A stretch of DNA of 64,000 bases, from NCBI RefSeq assembly GCF_006345805.1, contig NC_042998.1, forward strand, positions 85,994,001-86,058,000, in the 5' to 3' direction. This stretch comes from Octopus sinensis. Taxonomy: Eukaryota. Position numbers and translations under genes: made by a program. The notes under the pieces were generated by a model, which was not told the origin of the DNA, ran no database searches, and saw only the letters and a program-made list of their open reading frames with translations. Below are positions 1 to 11,609 of this stretch, one piece after another; position 1 is the stretch's first letter; each line of letters starts with the position of its first letter.

Positions 1-140
1 GTGTATTTTTCTGTTGGAGAGCGTAGGCTCGAAACGTTAAAGACTTGTTTTATTTATATTTCCTGAGCGCCATACTAATACAATTGTTTGTTTGTATTCC
101 ACCTGCCTTCGTCTTTTGTCTATTTTCATAAAGCTTCCCG
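1..140 (+). repeat. Fragment of a Penelope-like/interspersed repeat; related reverse-oriented piece at about 15425-15525
   Basis: 'gctcgaaacgttaaagact' here matches the reverse complement of 'aagtcttttatgtttcgagc' near 15505-15525; ends in (TA)n. Confidence 0.4.
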
Positions 141-144
141 TTAT

Positions 145-500
145 ATATATAGATATATATATATATATATATATAATATTAATTCGAGACAAAACCACTA
201 TTTTGCAAATCAAACAAGGAAACTGATTAAAACTGTTTAGAAGATCGGAAATCCACCTGACGAATGTCATTTGAAGACATGAAACAATTGTAGTGGCGGT
301 TTATTTACTTTATATTAAAATTTTTTATGTATTGATTAAGTCTTTCCTTGTTTGATTTGCAAAATAGTGGTTTTGTCTCGAATTAATATTATATAATATT
401 TTACTATAAAATTGGATTTAATCCTAATTCTGATTTTTTCCCTGTAAATTTGGATTTATTCCCTAATATTTATTATTATATATATATATATATATACATA
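145..500 (+). mobile_element. Penelope-like (pLTR-type) non-autonomous repeat with inverted arms and a hammerhead ribozyme
   Basis: Perfect 52-bp inverted repeat 171-222/343-394; hammerhead core in the spacer; tail 'aaattggatttaatcctaa...ttccctaatattt' shared with copies at 3705-3760, 13560-13625 and 14650-14720(-); (TA)n on both sides. Confidence 0.6.
253..296 (+). ncRNA. Minimal type I hammerhead ribozyme
   Basis: CCAC-CTGACGA-ATGTC(atttgaa)GACAT-GAAA-C(aatt)G-TA^GTGG: stem I 4 bp, stem II 5 bp, 1-bp stem III with palindromic tetraloop, GUA cleavage triplet. Confidence 0.8.
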
Positions 501-504
501 CATA

Positions 505-3395
505 CATATTATTGAGTATGGCTATTGCATAAAGCTTAACTGTTACTGGTGCTGTGATCGAATGTGACTTTTTAGCCCAGCTAAAGATCTACAATGTCTT
601 GTACAAAATTGGCAACTAAAACCTTTACTGGTAATAGCCGGCTGTAGTTGTAACTGGGCTTCATGTACCTTTGCATATCGTTTAAGTCCTCTTGCTGAAT
701 TACACTCTCTTCCACATGCCCGACAGCTATGATTAGTATGGTGTGTTACACCACCACCAGTGGCCAGGTTGTCACTCATCTGTCTCGTTTTATGACTACG
801 AAGATGACTCTTGAGTCTAGCTTTACTGAGGCAGGATCTTGCACAGACACTGCATGTCAGCATCAAAGGAAGACCCTTCCCTTCTGGAAGCCTTCAGCAA
901 GTCCTTATACCTCTTTTTTTGTTTTATGTGGAGGTCGTTCTCCTTTAGCTAACTCTCCATAAAAGAGTTAATTGGCATCCTTGAATCCTTCCTTCTGACC
1001 AGATGACCACTCCATCTGAGCCTTTGCTTTAACACAAGAGCTTCTATACTTTCACACTGAGAGCCTTTGAGTATTTCAAGATCACTGATGCGGTCCTTCC
1101 ACTTAATGCCATAGATCTGTCTGAGGCACGTCTGATGGAAACGCTCCAGTTGTTTAAGGTGGTATTGATATGTGACCCACGTCTCGCAGGCATAGAGAAG
1201 AGAAGGGAGCACACATGCCTTGTACACCTTTATCTTTGTCTTTCTGCATATGTCTTGCCGACTCCAGAGGTGCTTTTCTAGCCTTCTGAAAGCAACACTT
1301 GCTTTCCTAATTCTATATGGAATTTCATCATCCACATTGCCATATCTATTAATAGTGCTTCCCAGGTAAACAAACTGATCAACTACATCAAGTCGTTTAC
1401 CATACACATAGATATTTGGTACACTATACTGCTTACCAGGGGCAGGTTGATGCATGACAACAGTTTTCTTGATATTGACTGTCAATCCTACAGCAGTGCA
1501 AGCATCAGAGAATGCATTCAAAATGTGTTGCATATCAATCTCTGTGTGTGCTACTAGCTCTCAATCATCTGCATACAAAAGGTCTCTTATGATAGAGGTA
1601 AATACCTTTGTTTTTGCAGCAAGGCGCCTGATATTAAATATGCTGCCAGGGGTTCGATAATGGATGTAAACACCGTATCTGCAGTTTCTGAATGCAATAC
1701 AGAACACCATCACGAAATATATGGAAAATAGGGTTGGTGCCAGAATATCCCCCTGTTTCACTCTATTTTGTATTGAAATGGGCTCTGACATTTTCCCTCT
1801 AACATTCACCCTACCATGCATGTCTTCATGAAAAGACTTAACCAAAGCAAGGAACTTTTCAGGACACCCAAATTTCTGGAGGACTTTCCACGATGCTTTT
1901 TATTGACGGTATCAAAGGCTTTTGTCAGATCGACAAAACCTGATACAAATCCAGACCCTGTTCCACACACTTTTCCTGAAGCTGTCTAGCTGAAAAGATC
2001 ATATCAGCAGTGCCACGTCCCACACAAAAGCCAGATTGACTTTCTGGAAGTACACAATCTGCAATGTATTTCAGCAGATGATCCAGAAGTATCCTGCATA
2101 AAACCTTTCCTACAGCAGAGATCCATGATACTCCCCTATAATTACCACAATCATTCCTGTTGCCCTTTCCCTTATACAGGACCACCATTACTGCATCTCT
2201 CCAGTCCTCAGGTACAGATTCACTAGTCCATATCTTACCAAACAAAGAGTGAAGTTTCTGCAGAAGTTTCTCACCACCATGCTGTAACAACTCCGCATGT
2301 ATGCCATCCATACCCGGAGACTTCCCATTATTCAACCTTGAGACAACCATTGCAACTTCTTCCAACTTTGGTGGTTCCGCGAGTGCTGCCATCACAGGCA
2401 ATCCAGGGATGAGATTGAGAACATCCTCACTAACTACAGACTGCTGATTCAAAAGTTCATCAAAGTGTTCTTGCCACCTTCGCAGAATTCCTTGTGAATC
2501 ATGAAGAAGTTCTTTACCATCCCTGCTTCGAAGTGGTGTCATCAGAGAAGATGTCGGTCCATAAACTTCTCGCAAGAGACCATACAATAGCTTTGTGTTA
2601 TTGGAATCTGATCCGCCTGTATCTCATCAGCCTTCTTACTCCACCACATATCCCTCATCTGAGAGAGCCTTTGCCTCACACATGATTTTACGTCCTTGAG
2701 TTCCCTATGCAACACTTCCCTTTCCTGTGGCTTTGCTGACAAATAGCGTGACAAAGTACGTCTTTTATCAGCCAATAAATCATCTATATGTTCATCATTT
2801 TCTTTGAACCAAACTGATGCTTTCTTTGTATCAATCCCAGAACTTTCTTGCCTATATCATAAACTGACTTTTTAAGGGTCGGCCAATCCTCCCCAATATC
2901 TGCAGCATTCATTTCCTCTCGTAAAGTTCTCTTCACACTATTATACCTAAGACAATCAACATTCAGTCTTTTAGGCAAGGTAATCCCTGCAGCTCGGATT
3001 TTATGTTTGGTGACTAATTTCACTTTTGCGCGTACTAGGCGGTGATCAGTCCAACACTCAGCTCCATGAAGAACACGAACACACTGCACATCCTGTCTGT
3101 CATGCACCGTAACTAGGATGTAATCCAGAATATGCCATTCTTTAGATGCAGGGTGCATCCATGTAGTCTTAAGCTTATTCTTTTGTTGAAACATGGTATT
3201 GGTAACACACAGACTCAGCTCCTCATGCATCTACAGCAAAAGCATGCCATTACTATTACACTTCCCCATCCCATGCTTTCCAATTACAGTCCATGTGTTA
3301 AAATCCCTACCCACTCTAACATTAAAGTCACCCAGTACAATGACTTTGTCTGCCGGAGGGATATTTCTTATAATGCCCTTCAAAGCATGGTAGAA
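505..3395 (-). mobile_element. RTE-clade (BovB-like) LINE, 5'-truncated, frameshifted ORF2 (APE endonuclease, RT, C-terminal zinc fingers)
   Basis: ORF pieces give [18 protein letters not shown] and DHRLV (APE); GKSPGMDGI, NYRGVS, FVDLTKAFD-region, VKQGDILAP, LLYADD and FVYLGS (RT); then LRWSGH and three CxxC..H..H motifs. Confidence 0.93.
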
Positions 3396-3399
3396 AGAA

Positions 3400-3431
3400 T
3401 ACATACATACGTACATACATACATACATACA

Positions 3432-3513
<82 letters not shown>

Positions 3514-3528
3514 CATGTGTGTGTGTGT
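3400..3528. repeat. (TACA)n/(TG)n compound microsatellite
   Basis: Direct reading. Confidence 0.95.
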
Positions 3529-3530
3529 AT

Positions 3531-3757
3531 AAATTAGAACAAAAACACCTTTTATCAATTCAATAATTGTATGTTTTATCTTATATTTAATCTTTCTATA
3601 ATATATTTTTTTCTAAATGGTATAAATTTAATTTTTCATTATTGAATTGACAAAAGGTGTTTTTTTTCTAATTTATATATATATATTATATTTTGTGAAA
3701 TTTGATTTTGTATTTCTAAATTGAATTTTCCCTGTAAGTTTGGAATAATATTCCCTC

Positions 3758-3760
<3 letters not shown>
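3531..3760 (+). mobile_element. Second copy of the Penelope-like inverted-arm repeat (no ribozyme core seen)
   Basis: 37-bp inverted arms 3531-3567/3638-3674 (35/37 match); same tail as 408-470; followed by (TA)n to 3840. Confidence 0.55.
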
Positions 3761-3846
<86 letters not shown>

Positions 3847-4077
3847 GAGGGCATTATTACACATAAATACCACACACTAGGAGGGACTCTTAAAGTCAAA
3901 ACTACTAAAATAAATAAACATATTCAGAATTCAGAATTATTAGTTACATTGAACAAAAATTAATAGAAGAAAAGTTATGGAGTAAAATGCCATGAAATTT
4001 TATGTCAGTAAGTAAGGAAGTAATGCTTACAAATAAGAATAAAGAATATATTGCTAAAATGAAAGTTAACATTCTAA

Positions 4078-4195
4078 GGTGGTGAGCTGGCAGAAATGTT
4101 AGCGAAATGCTTATCGGTATTCCACCTGTGTTTACATTTTGAGTTCAAATTCTGCTGAGGTCAACCTTGCCTTTTATCCATTTCGGATCTATTCA
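4078..4195 (+). mobile_element. tRNA-derived SINE head (family B: ggtggtgagctggcagaa...gagttcaaatt)
   Basis: Box-A/B-like head, repeated at 47688, 63662 and on the - strand at 9340, 19010, 22950, 43010, 50590. Confidence 0.7.
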
Positions 4196-4601
4196 ATTTG
4201 ACGTACAGATTATTTAATTAATTTTTTTTAACTAAACATTTTGAAACTTCCGATACTGATACAATGTGTCACATACAACAGTGTTTACTCTTAACGTTTT
4301 TGACAAAATTTTGTATTTTAGAAGTTATTTTGTCACAAGTTACAGATTGACAGTGGACAAATTCATGTTTGTTAAGTGCCAATACATGAAGCTCTCAGCT
4401 TTTGATTTACTCTCTAACTTCTGCCGATGATATATATGCATATTTTACATATATCTGTAAAATAATCTCATCATGCAATCAAACCAATGAAAGAGCTTCT
4501 ACCTGGTTGCTCAACATGCTAAAAATAGCAGCCAATGTATACCCCTATCCAGTATTTTATAAGGTAAAAATCTTAAATTATTAATTGACACATTATTAAT
4601 T

Positions 4602-5329
4602 ATGGAAAAATGCGAGCATGAAAAGTAATTTTCTTAAGATTATAAAGCTGGAAAAGTACAGGACAAGTTATTACACCTGTAAAAGTATAGGACAAACTAT
4701 TACTTCAAGTAAAGTAAAGAATAAGAAACTTTTTACTTAAAATATTGCAACTAAAATTAAAATTTGAATATTAAGAATTATTTTATTATAGTTTACAAAT
4801 AACACTATACTTATTTAACCCTTTAGCATTCAAACCGGCCATATCCGGCCAAAATATTTAACCTGTTTTATATTGAAACTGACCAGATCTTGCCTCTTAC
4901 CTCAGCCCTACCATGTCATTCTAAAACTAAAAAATCACATCACTGAAATCTCTAAACTACAAGATAATGCATGATTAATTCAAAACAATATAAACAAACA
5001 AATATCACATTTGACAGAATAATCTGAACGCAAAAGTAGAATTTGGCTAATTTACTACCTTAAATTCAGAAAAAAGTGACTAATTAAACAAACTTACAAA
5101 TTAGCTGAACAGTTTTATACAATAAATTTAAAAGATGAGAACTGTAAGGAGTGATAAATTAGAAGAACTGGCATTCTTTGCTGAAATATTTTAAGTAAAA
5201 AGTTTCTTACTCTTTACTTTACTTGAAGTAATAGTTTGTCCTATACTTTTACAGGTGCAATGACTTGTCCTGTACTTCTCCAGGTTTATAATTTTAAGAA
5301 TATTACTTTTTATGCTCGCATTTTTCCAT
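4602..5329. mobile_element. Foldback/MITE with about 145-bp terminal inverted repeats
   Basis: 4602-4746 is the near-exact reverse complement of 5185-5329. Confidence 0.75.
4815..5036 (+). mobile_element. piggyBac-like MITE remnant nested in the foldback
   Basis: Begins TTAA|CCCTTTAGCATT; right end ('aatctgaacgcaaaag') is degenerate or truncated. Confidence 0.5.
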
Positions 5330-7051
5330 GTAGTATATATATGTATATAAAAAGCAAATAAGTAACAAGGATGTCAAGGTAGTAGTGCATTACGGCCGTT
5401 TTAGGCAGCTCCATTTAACCAAACAATGCAAGCATTACATCAGTTCGAAATACACTGCCATCTTTAGATGCATAATGCCATATAGGTTTTGAACACAAGA
5501 TATTCCATTATAATTTTTAGTAAATATTTCATCAGAACTAGAGAATGAAAGAATTACAAGCTGCTATTATTGAGGCAGAATGGACTTAGGGAGGAAAATA
5601 CTCCAACTATAATTTAGAGTGGCAGAAGAGAATAACAATGGGGGTCATGAGATGGTAATATAGTTACAATTTTTATCTATCTCCTTATCACTATCAAAAG
5701 ATCTAATACAGTCAGTATGCTAAGAATTAAAACCACTAAGATTTGACAGTTAAGTTCTAACTGCTGATAACAAATTAATTGCTATCAGATACTTTCCCAA
5801 ACCCTAATTTATTATGATTATATATTCCCTATGACCACATAAAGAAACAAATCTCAGAAGTCAATAAGATAGTGGTAAATGCCCAGAAAGAGGGAGGGTA
5901 GGAGTGGCATAAACTATTTTATTATTCTCAGTTAAAGGAGCCTAAAATAGAAAATAAAGGATGTCACAATGATATCTAAATGGGCATTATAGGGGGGAAA
6001 AAATTTAACCAAAACTTAGCAAAATTTATATATTATTATATTTTGCATAATAAAAAGTAAAATCTTAAAATTTAGAAGGGGATCTAAGGACACCCTCCCA
6101 CTCATATATACTCATTATTTATAAGTCATGCTATCAGGGCTGAATAGGTTTTATTGAGGAGATCTAATAAGGCTAAAACATGTCTATTACATTCACAAAT
6201 TGGCTTTAATCACTATTGTCTTTGTTTTCCAAAAATATTAATTAGCTGAAATTGGGTTTGTTCTTTGTTGTTTTTAGATTCTAAACATCTCTAGAGGAAG
6301 ATTTTATTTTCTAACTGCAAGGATAATCTCATTTTACCAGAGCTTTTCAATTCCCTGTTTTACCTAAGTGAGACTCTACCACTATAATGCATGTTATCTA
6401 AATATATAAATAAAGATTTCTTGTTTTGGCACTAGGCCACATATGTTACTGTTCAGTCTTGATCGAACACTTCTAAGATCAAAAATGTTCCAGCTGTGAC
6501 TGTCTAGTTATCTTTCTCCCCCTTTCTCTTTCTCCCTTCCCTTCTCTCTCTTTCTCATTTATGGATATTAAGCTGTTAGTTCTTGCAAGTCAAGCAATCC
6601 TGTAGAGACTTCCTTGTTTGCTTGATTTGGATTCCTAAATTTGTTGATTTAACTACAGTTACTCCCTAGTTATGACTGGTATTTATTTTATTAAGCCCAG
6701 AACGATGAAAGGCTAAGTTGACCACAGCATACTGTTCACATGTGTGATATACGAATTGATCTTGCCTCTGCCTTGTTCTCAATTTTAAAAACTACACATA
6801 TGGTGCTTTAATGTTCCTCTGTACCTCACATAAAAGGTTTTACTTTTTGTATCAGTGAAGGAAGACTTTAATTGTTCTTTGTGAGGTATAAGAAAAGGCT
6901 TTATGACTTTGACAATGCAGAAACAAGTTGCCTTCCTTGTCTTTGTCATAACATCAGCTGGGGAAGTGTCTGTTTTTGTTAAATAATGCTGTCATATTTT
7001 TACTTTTATCTAAATGTTCCATTGTTTAAACTTCCTCAATGGGAAATTCTT

Positions 7052-7460
7052 CATCATCATCATCATCATCATTATTTGATGTCTGCTTTCCATGCTGGCA
7101 TGAGTTGGATGGCTTGACTGAAAATTCGTAAGCCAAGGAGCTGCATCAGGTTCCAATCCGATTTGGCAAAGGTTCTATGGATGGATTCTATTCCTTACAC
7201 CATCCCCTCTAAGAGTGTTTTTATGTGCCATTGGCACAGGCGTCACTAACATGACACCGGCATCAGCCATGACTACGATTTCACTTGGCTTGACAGGTCT
7301 ATAAAGGCACAGAATATCACCAAAGGTCTCAGTCACCTGTCACTGCTTCAATGAGGCCCAACACTTTAACTGTATTTTTTACATGCCACTAGCACAGGTG
7401 TCATTCAGACAGCACTGGCATTGGCACAACTAGATTTCGCTTGGCTTCACAGGTCTTCTA
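7052..7460 (-). mobile_element. RTE LINE 3'UTR fragment with (CAT)n tail
   Basis: catcatcat...tttccatgctggcatg...ttggatgg motif shared with 58443-58620 and many other copies. Confidence 0.75.
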
Positions 7461-7523
7461 AGATGAAACTTGTGCTGTACTCAGATTTTTGTTATTTGCA
7501 CTTGACAAATCATGTGTGTATGT

Positions 7524-8106
7524 ATGCATGTAAGCTTCTTTGATAACGTCCAGGTTTCTGAGCCATATAGTAGAATTGGTTCGACTGTGGCTTTGAATAT
7601 TTCAAGTTTGAAGTCTCTACTTAGAATTGATGACCAGATCTTATGCATGTCATTACAGGCTGACCAGGCCATACCCTTTCTAGTTAGAAAGTCTTTTCCA
7701 GATGATGATATGTATGACCCAAAGAAGCTTGAGAGGCGGTTGGATGGAACCTACACTCGCCTCCTTATGAGAGCTCAAAATCTCTTGTGGAAGCGCCATC
7801 CAACCAAAAGGCAAATATATGGGAAACTACCACCTGTGTCATCTCTTGTGAAAGGTAGGAGAGTCCAGTTTGCTGGACATTGTTGTAGAGCTGAAAACGA
7901 AGTAATTTCTACTCTTCTCCTCTGGAAGCCATCTACTCGCAATACCAGAGGGCGCACACTCTCCTACCCTGATGTAATCTCCAGGGATACAGGCATCCAG
8001 CAACAGGACCTCTGTAATGCCATGATGGACCGTGAAGTCTGGCGTAGCATGGTAAATTTCATTGTCTCGACCACAGTCGAACAATGATGATGATGATGCA
8101 TGTAAG
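7524..8106 (+). mobile_element. 5'-inverted (twin-primed) RTE-like LINE insertion with TSD
   Basis: 7532-7720 encodes GSYISSSGKDF...LLYGSETWTLSKKL on -; 7720-8087 continues KKLERRLDGTYTRLL...DREVWR* on +, then (TGA)n; ATGCATGTAAG at 7524-7534 and 8096-8106. Confidence 0.88.
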
Positions 8107-8699
8107 AGTTGATGTTGTTGCCTAGTATGTCAATGTTGATACTTAAAAAACATGTGTTTGCAGCATATTTTTTTGTTTATTTCTTTTTATTTTGTATGTG
8201 ATTATTTTTGTTATTTTTTTCTCTCTTTTGAGGTATGGCTATTTTTTTCTCACGCCCATGTTGTATATATGTGTAGAAAAAAAAACTAGAAAAAATAAAA
8301 TAAAACTTCCTTAACAGCAGACTAGTTTCCCATCTTCATTTTGTACGGGCAGACTTTTAAATCCTCTGAAAATCACCAAGAAATTGCTTGTTGATGCAGT
8401 TTAAACTTACTAAACTACAGAGCTTTGAAGAGTAATTTGAAAGCACAGATCAGCTACGATGATGATGATGATGATGATGATGAGATGATGATGATAACAA
8501 CAACAACAACAATAATAATGATCTTATTTATTTGCCACAAAGGCGAAGGATGAGGGGATAATACAGTGACAAGCATCTAATAATGAACTGACAAAAAATT
8601 AATAAATAAATAGAAATTAAATAAAAAAAAAACAAGGACAAGAAACTAAAAAGTAATAGACCAGACATAATAATAGACAAAGAAATGTGAAGTTGCTTA

Positions 8700-9085
8700 C
8701 TAATTGATCCATCATGCCCATTTGATTACAGGATTGTAAAGAAAAAAGATATAAAAAAAACCCAAAAAGCAATCCCTTAAAATTTGAAATTGCAAGAATT
8801 TGGAATATGAAAATAGTAATGGCTGTGCCTATAATAATTGGTGTATTGGGAACTGTAAGCAAAGATATAAACAAATGGCTGAAGGAGATTGGAATAGAAT
8901 GTCCTGTAGAGCTTCTATGGAGAGTTTGCCTCTTGGGGATAGGAAAGATTATCAAGAAGATTTTAAGCATTTGAAGGACTATTGAAAGATTGTGGATACC
9001 TAAGGTTATGAGTAGTAACCCACTACCCACATAAATCCTAACAAGAATAAAACTGAACCTAAGTCAAATCAATAATAATAATAAT
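8700..9085 (+). pseudogene. 3' end of an RLE-type non-LTR retrotransposon (R4/Dong/NeSL-like)
   Basis: Reads IDPSCPFDYRI...LKFEIARIWNMKIVMAVPIIIGVLGTVSKDINKWLKEIG...LLGIGKIIKKIL, with frameshifts; (AAT)n tail. Confidence 0.7.
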
Positions 9086-9099
9086 TCTTTCTACTAAAC

Positions 9100-9340
9100 T
9101 GCCGGCATCAGTTGTTAGTTGTCGGAGCACTGCATCCTTCAAAACTTCCATGCTTCCTGAGATTCCCCAACACTAGACCTGATTTTCTCCACTCCATACA
9201 CACGTAAGCATGTATCTGACTCATACACTGTTCACTTCCCAGACATTTGTACATTAAGGCACATGCTTTATATGCACTTTTGACAAGTTGTGGTGAACCT
9301 GAGCACTGTATACAATAATTTCATTATTATTATTATTATA
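9100..9340 (+). mobile_element. 3' end of a CR1/Jockey-like LINE (3'UTR plus (ATT)n tail)
   Basis: 'tccttcaaaacttccatg' and 'gttgtggtgaacctgagcactgtatacaataatttcattattatt' resemble a LINE 3' terminus. Confidence 0.45.
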
Positions 9341-9512
9341 TTATTATTATTATTAAAGCCACAAGGCCTGGAATTTTGAGTGGGGGACTAGTTCATTACA
9401 TTGGCACCAGTAAAATCAATCTCGGTGGAATTTGAAATCAGAATGTAGCTGCAGACAAAATGTTGCCATGCATTTCACCTGGCGTGTTAACAATTCTGAC
9501 AGCTTGCCACCT
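9340..9512 (-). mobile_element. SINE family B
   Basis: Reverse complement of the 4078 and 47688 consensus. Confidence 0.7.
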
Positions 9513-9521
9513 TATCAATAA

Positions 9522-9552
<31 letters not shown>

Positions 9553-9787
9553 GTAATAATAATACTTGCTGATACATCAATAGTAATTATAACTAGGTAA
9601 GAAACATCAACGCTGTCCATGGGCAGTGTTCAGTAAAAAAGTAAATGCTGTTAAAATGGACCCATAACAAAACCAATCAAAAGAGAAAGAATGGTGAAGA
9701 GATAACCAAGAATACTAAGAAATTGTTGATTTATGATTTACACACAACTACTATGCAACACTCCAAAAATACAGGAATAAACTCATA

Positions 9788-9945
9788 CCAGGCATGGCTG
9801 TGTGGTATGAAGCTTGTTTCCCAACTACATGGTTCCAGGTTCAGTCTCACTGCATGGTATCTTGGGCAAGTGTCTTCAGCTATAGCCTTGTGAGTGAATT
9901 TGGTAGATGGAAACTGAAAGAAGCCCATCATGTATATATATATAC
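9788..9945 (+). mobile_element. tRNA-derived SINE family A (tggctgtgtgg...ggttcagtcccactg...ggaaactgaaagaagccc)
   Basis: Same head at 25345-25545(-), 28930, 29366, 29760, 42200. Confidence 0.75.
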
Positions 9946-9957
9946 TAGCAGAGACCC

Positions 9958-10948
9958 TGTTGTATCCACTGCTCTGATTGGTTGGTGTTCGGCGTAGTTT
10001 GTCTTTCAATTTATTTTGCGTCAGTGTGTAAGCCAACCAATCACAGCCTTTGGATGGGGTCTCGTGACACTGTTTTTCCTATGCTCTGTTTGAGCCACTT
10101 TAACCCTATAAATAAGCCAGCATTTCACTACTCCTGGTCTTTCGGCTTTAGACCTTCTAAGGTCTAGTCGCTGATCACAGAGCTACTCAGCTATGTCCCA
10201 GTTCGAGTGACAGACGACCAGTCAGCCAGCCAGCCATGCTACTGCTCCAGCCATGAAGACACTATTATACACCAGCGACAAACAGGATGTTCTCCATCTC
10301 TGCCACCGTCATCACCATCAGCGTCTCCATCTCCATCGACTTCAACAACATGTACACATCAATGTCCACACAGGTTTAAACTCACACTGTTTGTGTATAT
10401 TTCACCGCGGTAAAACAGTTCCAGTTTACCTGAAAGAACTTTCTGTAACAAGAGACTTGGCACAACATCATAGCCACAATTTCTACATGTGTAGTAACTG
10501 GCCTCTGCCACGTGACCCCCAACATCTTGTTATAGAACTTGCTATTGTATACCTCACTTATGAACTGGTAAACAAATTCCATCTTAACTCATATGCTGAG
10601 ACATTCATCCTATGCTCTGTTTTCTGCGTTATACGCATACACTTTCTGTTACACACACGAACACACAGACACAAACATTTGTCGCATGCACACATACACA
10701 ACACTTCGATAGCACTCACAACACACTATCTTTGTACACATTGTAAATAAAGTCTTCTTCTCTCTCAAACAGTAGAACGGTTTTGTCGTCCATCATTCAT
10801 TCCTTTGGCACTGTATTTTATATCATGTATTTGGCTTCTTATTTTGTTAGGGACGACCGTGCGGCATTCAAAAGGAGACATTTGTCACCAACTCCTTACG
10901 TACGGTCGATTCTCTACAAACCGAAAGGACAAATGATCACAATAAGCA
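9958..10948 (+). mobile_element. Solo-LTR-like element (tentative)
   Basis: TG...CA candidate ends, two opposed CCAAT boxes (about 9978 and 10037), TATAAATA about 10107, AATAAA about 10746; no TSD found. Confidence 0.35.
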
Positions 10949-11034
10949 GTTAGCTACCCTACCCTAGTTGTTACCACTCCCCAATGTAGGATTCCTCACC
11001 ATGCAGGTGACCAGTACAGCCGTAAGATGCATTA

Positions 11035-11340
11035 CAGATCTATAGCATGACTACAATTTCACTTAGCCTGACGAATCTTCTTAAGCACAGCTAACCATGA
11101 AAGGTCTCAATCATTTGTTATTGCCCTGTGAGATCCAACATCTGAAGATCTTGCTTCACAATCTCATCCCATGTCTTCCTAATAAAAAAATTTGGAATAA
11201 AGGCATTTCATTCAACACTCTAATCATCATCATCATCAACGTTTAATGTCCACTTTCCATGCTAGCATGGATTGGATGGATGACTGAGAGCTGGCAAACC
11301 AGATGGCTGCACCAGGCTTCAATCTTGATCTGAGTTTGCA
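11035..11340 (-). mobile_element. Two RTE 3'UTR fragments
   Basis: Match 7270-7350 and the catcat...tttccatgctagcatgg motif. Confidence 0.6.
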
Positions 11341-11609
11341 AATCCAACATCCTTAATCAATTCTAATAAAGGCCAAAAGACCAAAATGTTGAAGTGGTGG
11401 TTATGGTGGGAAAATGAACCAGTAGTCCCAAACAACATCTAGTTTAGAAACAGTTATGTTCTGAGTTCAAACCCAGACACCACTGGAATAGGACGTTGTC
11501 TTTTCACCTTCTGGGATATATCTTACGTAGAAGTGGAGTTGGTTCCCCTCTCTTAAACATGTATGGCATTGTACCTAATTTAGAAATCTTTATTATGATT
11601 TTGTTGAAT

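Noticed and set aside
11-45. Hammerhead-like GAGC-gtag-GCTC-GAAAC
   Set aside because: The upstream core reads CTGTTGGA instead of CUGANGA, and no NUH site follows stem III
543-866. Stand-alone host C2H2 zinc-finger gene
   Set aside because: Directly follows the RTE ORF2 on the same strand and precedes the element's 3' end; best explained as the LINE C-terminus
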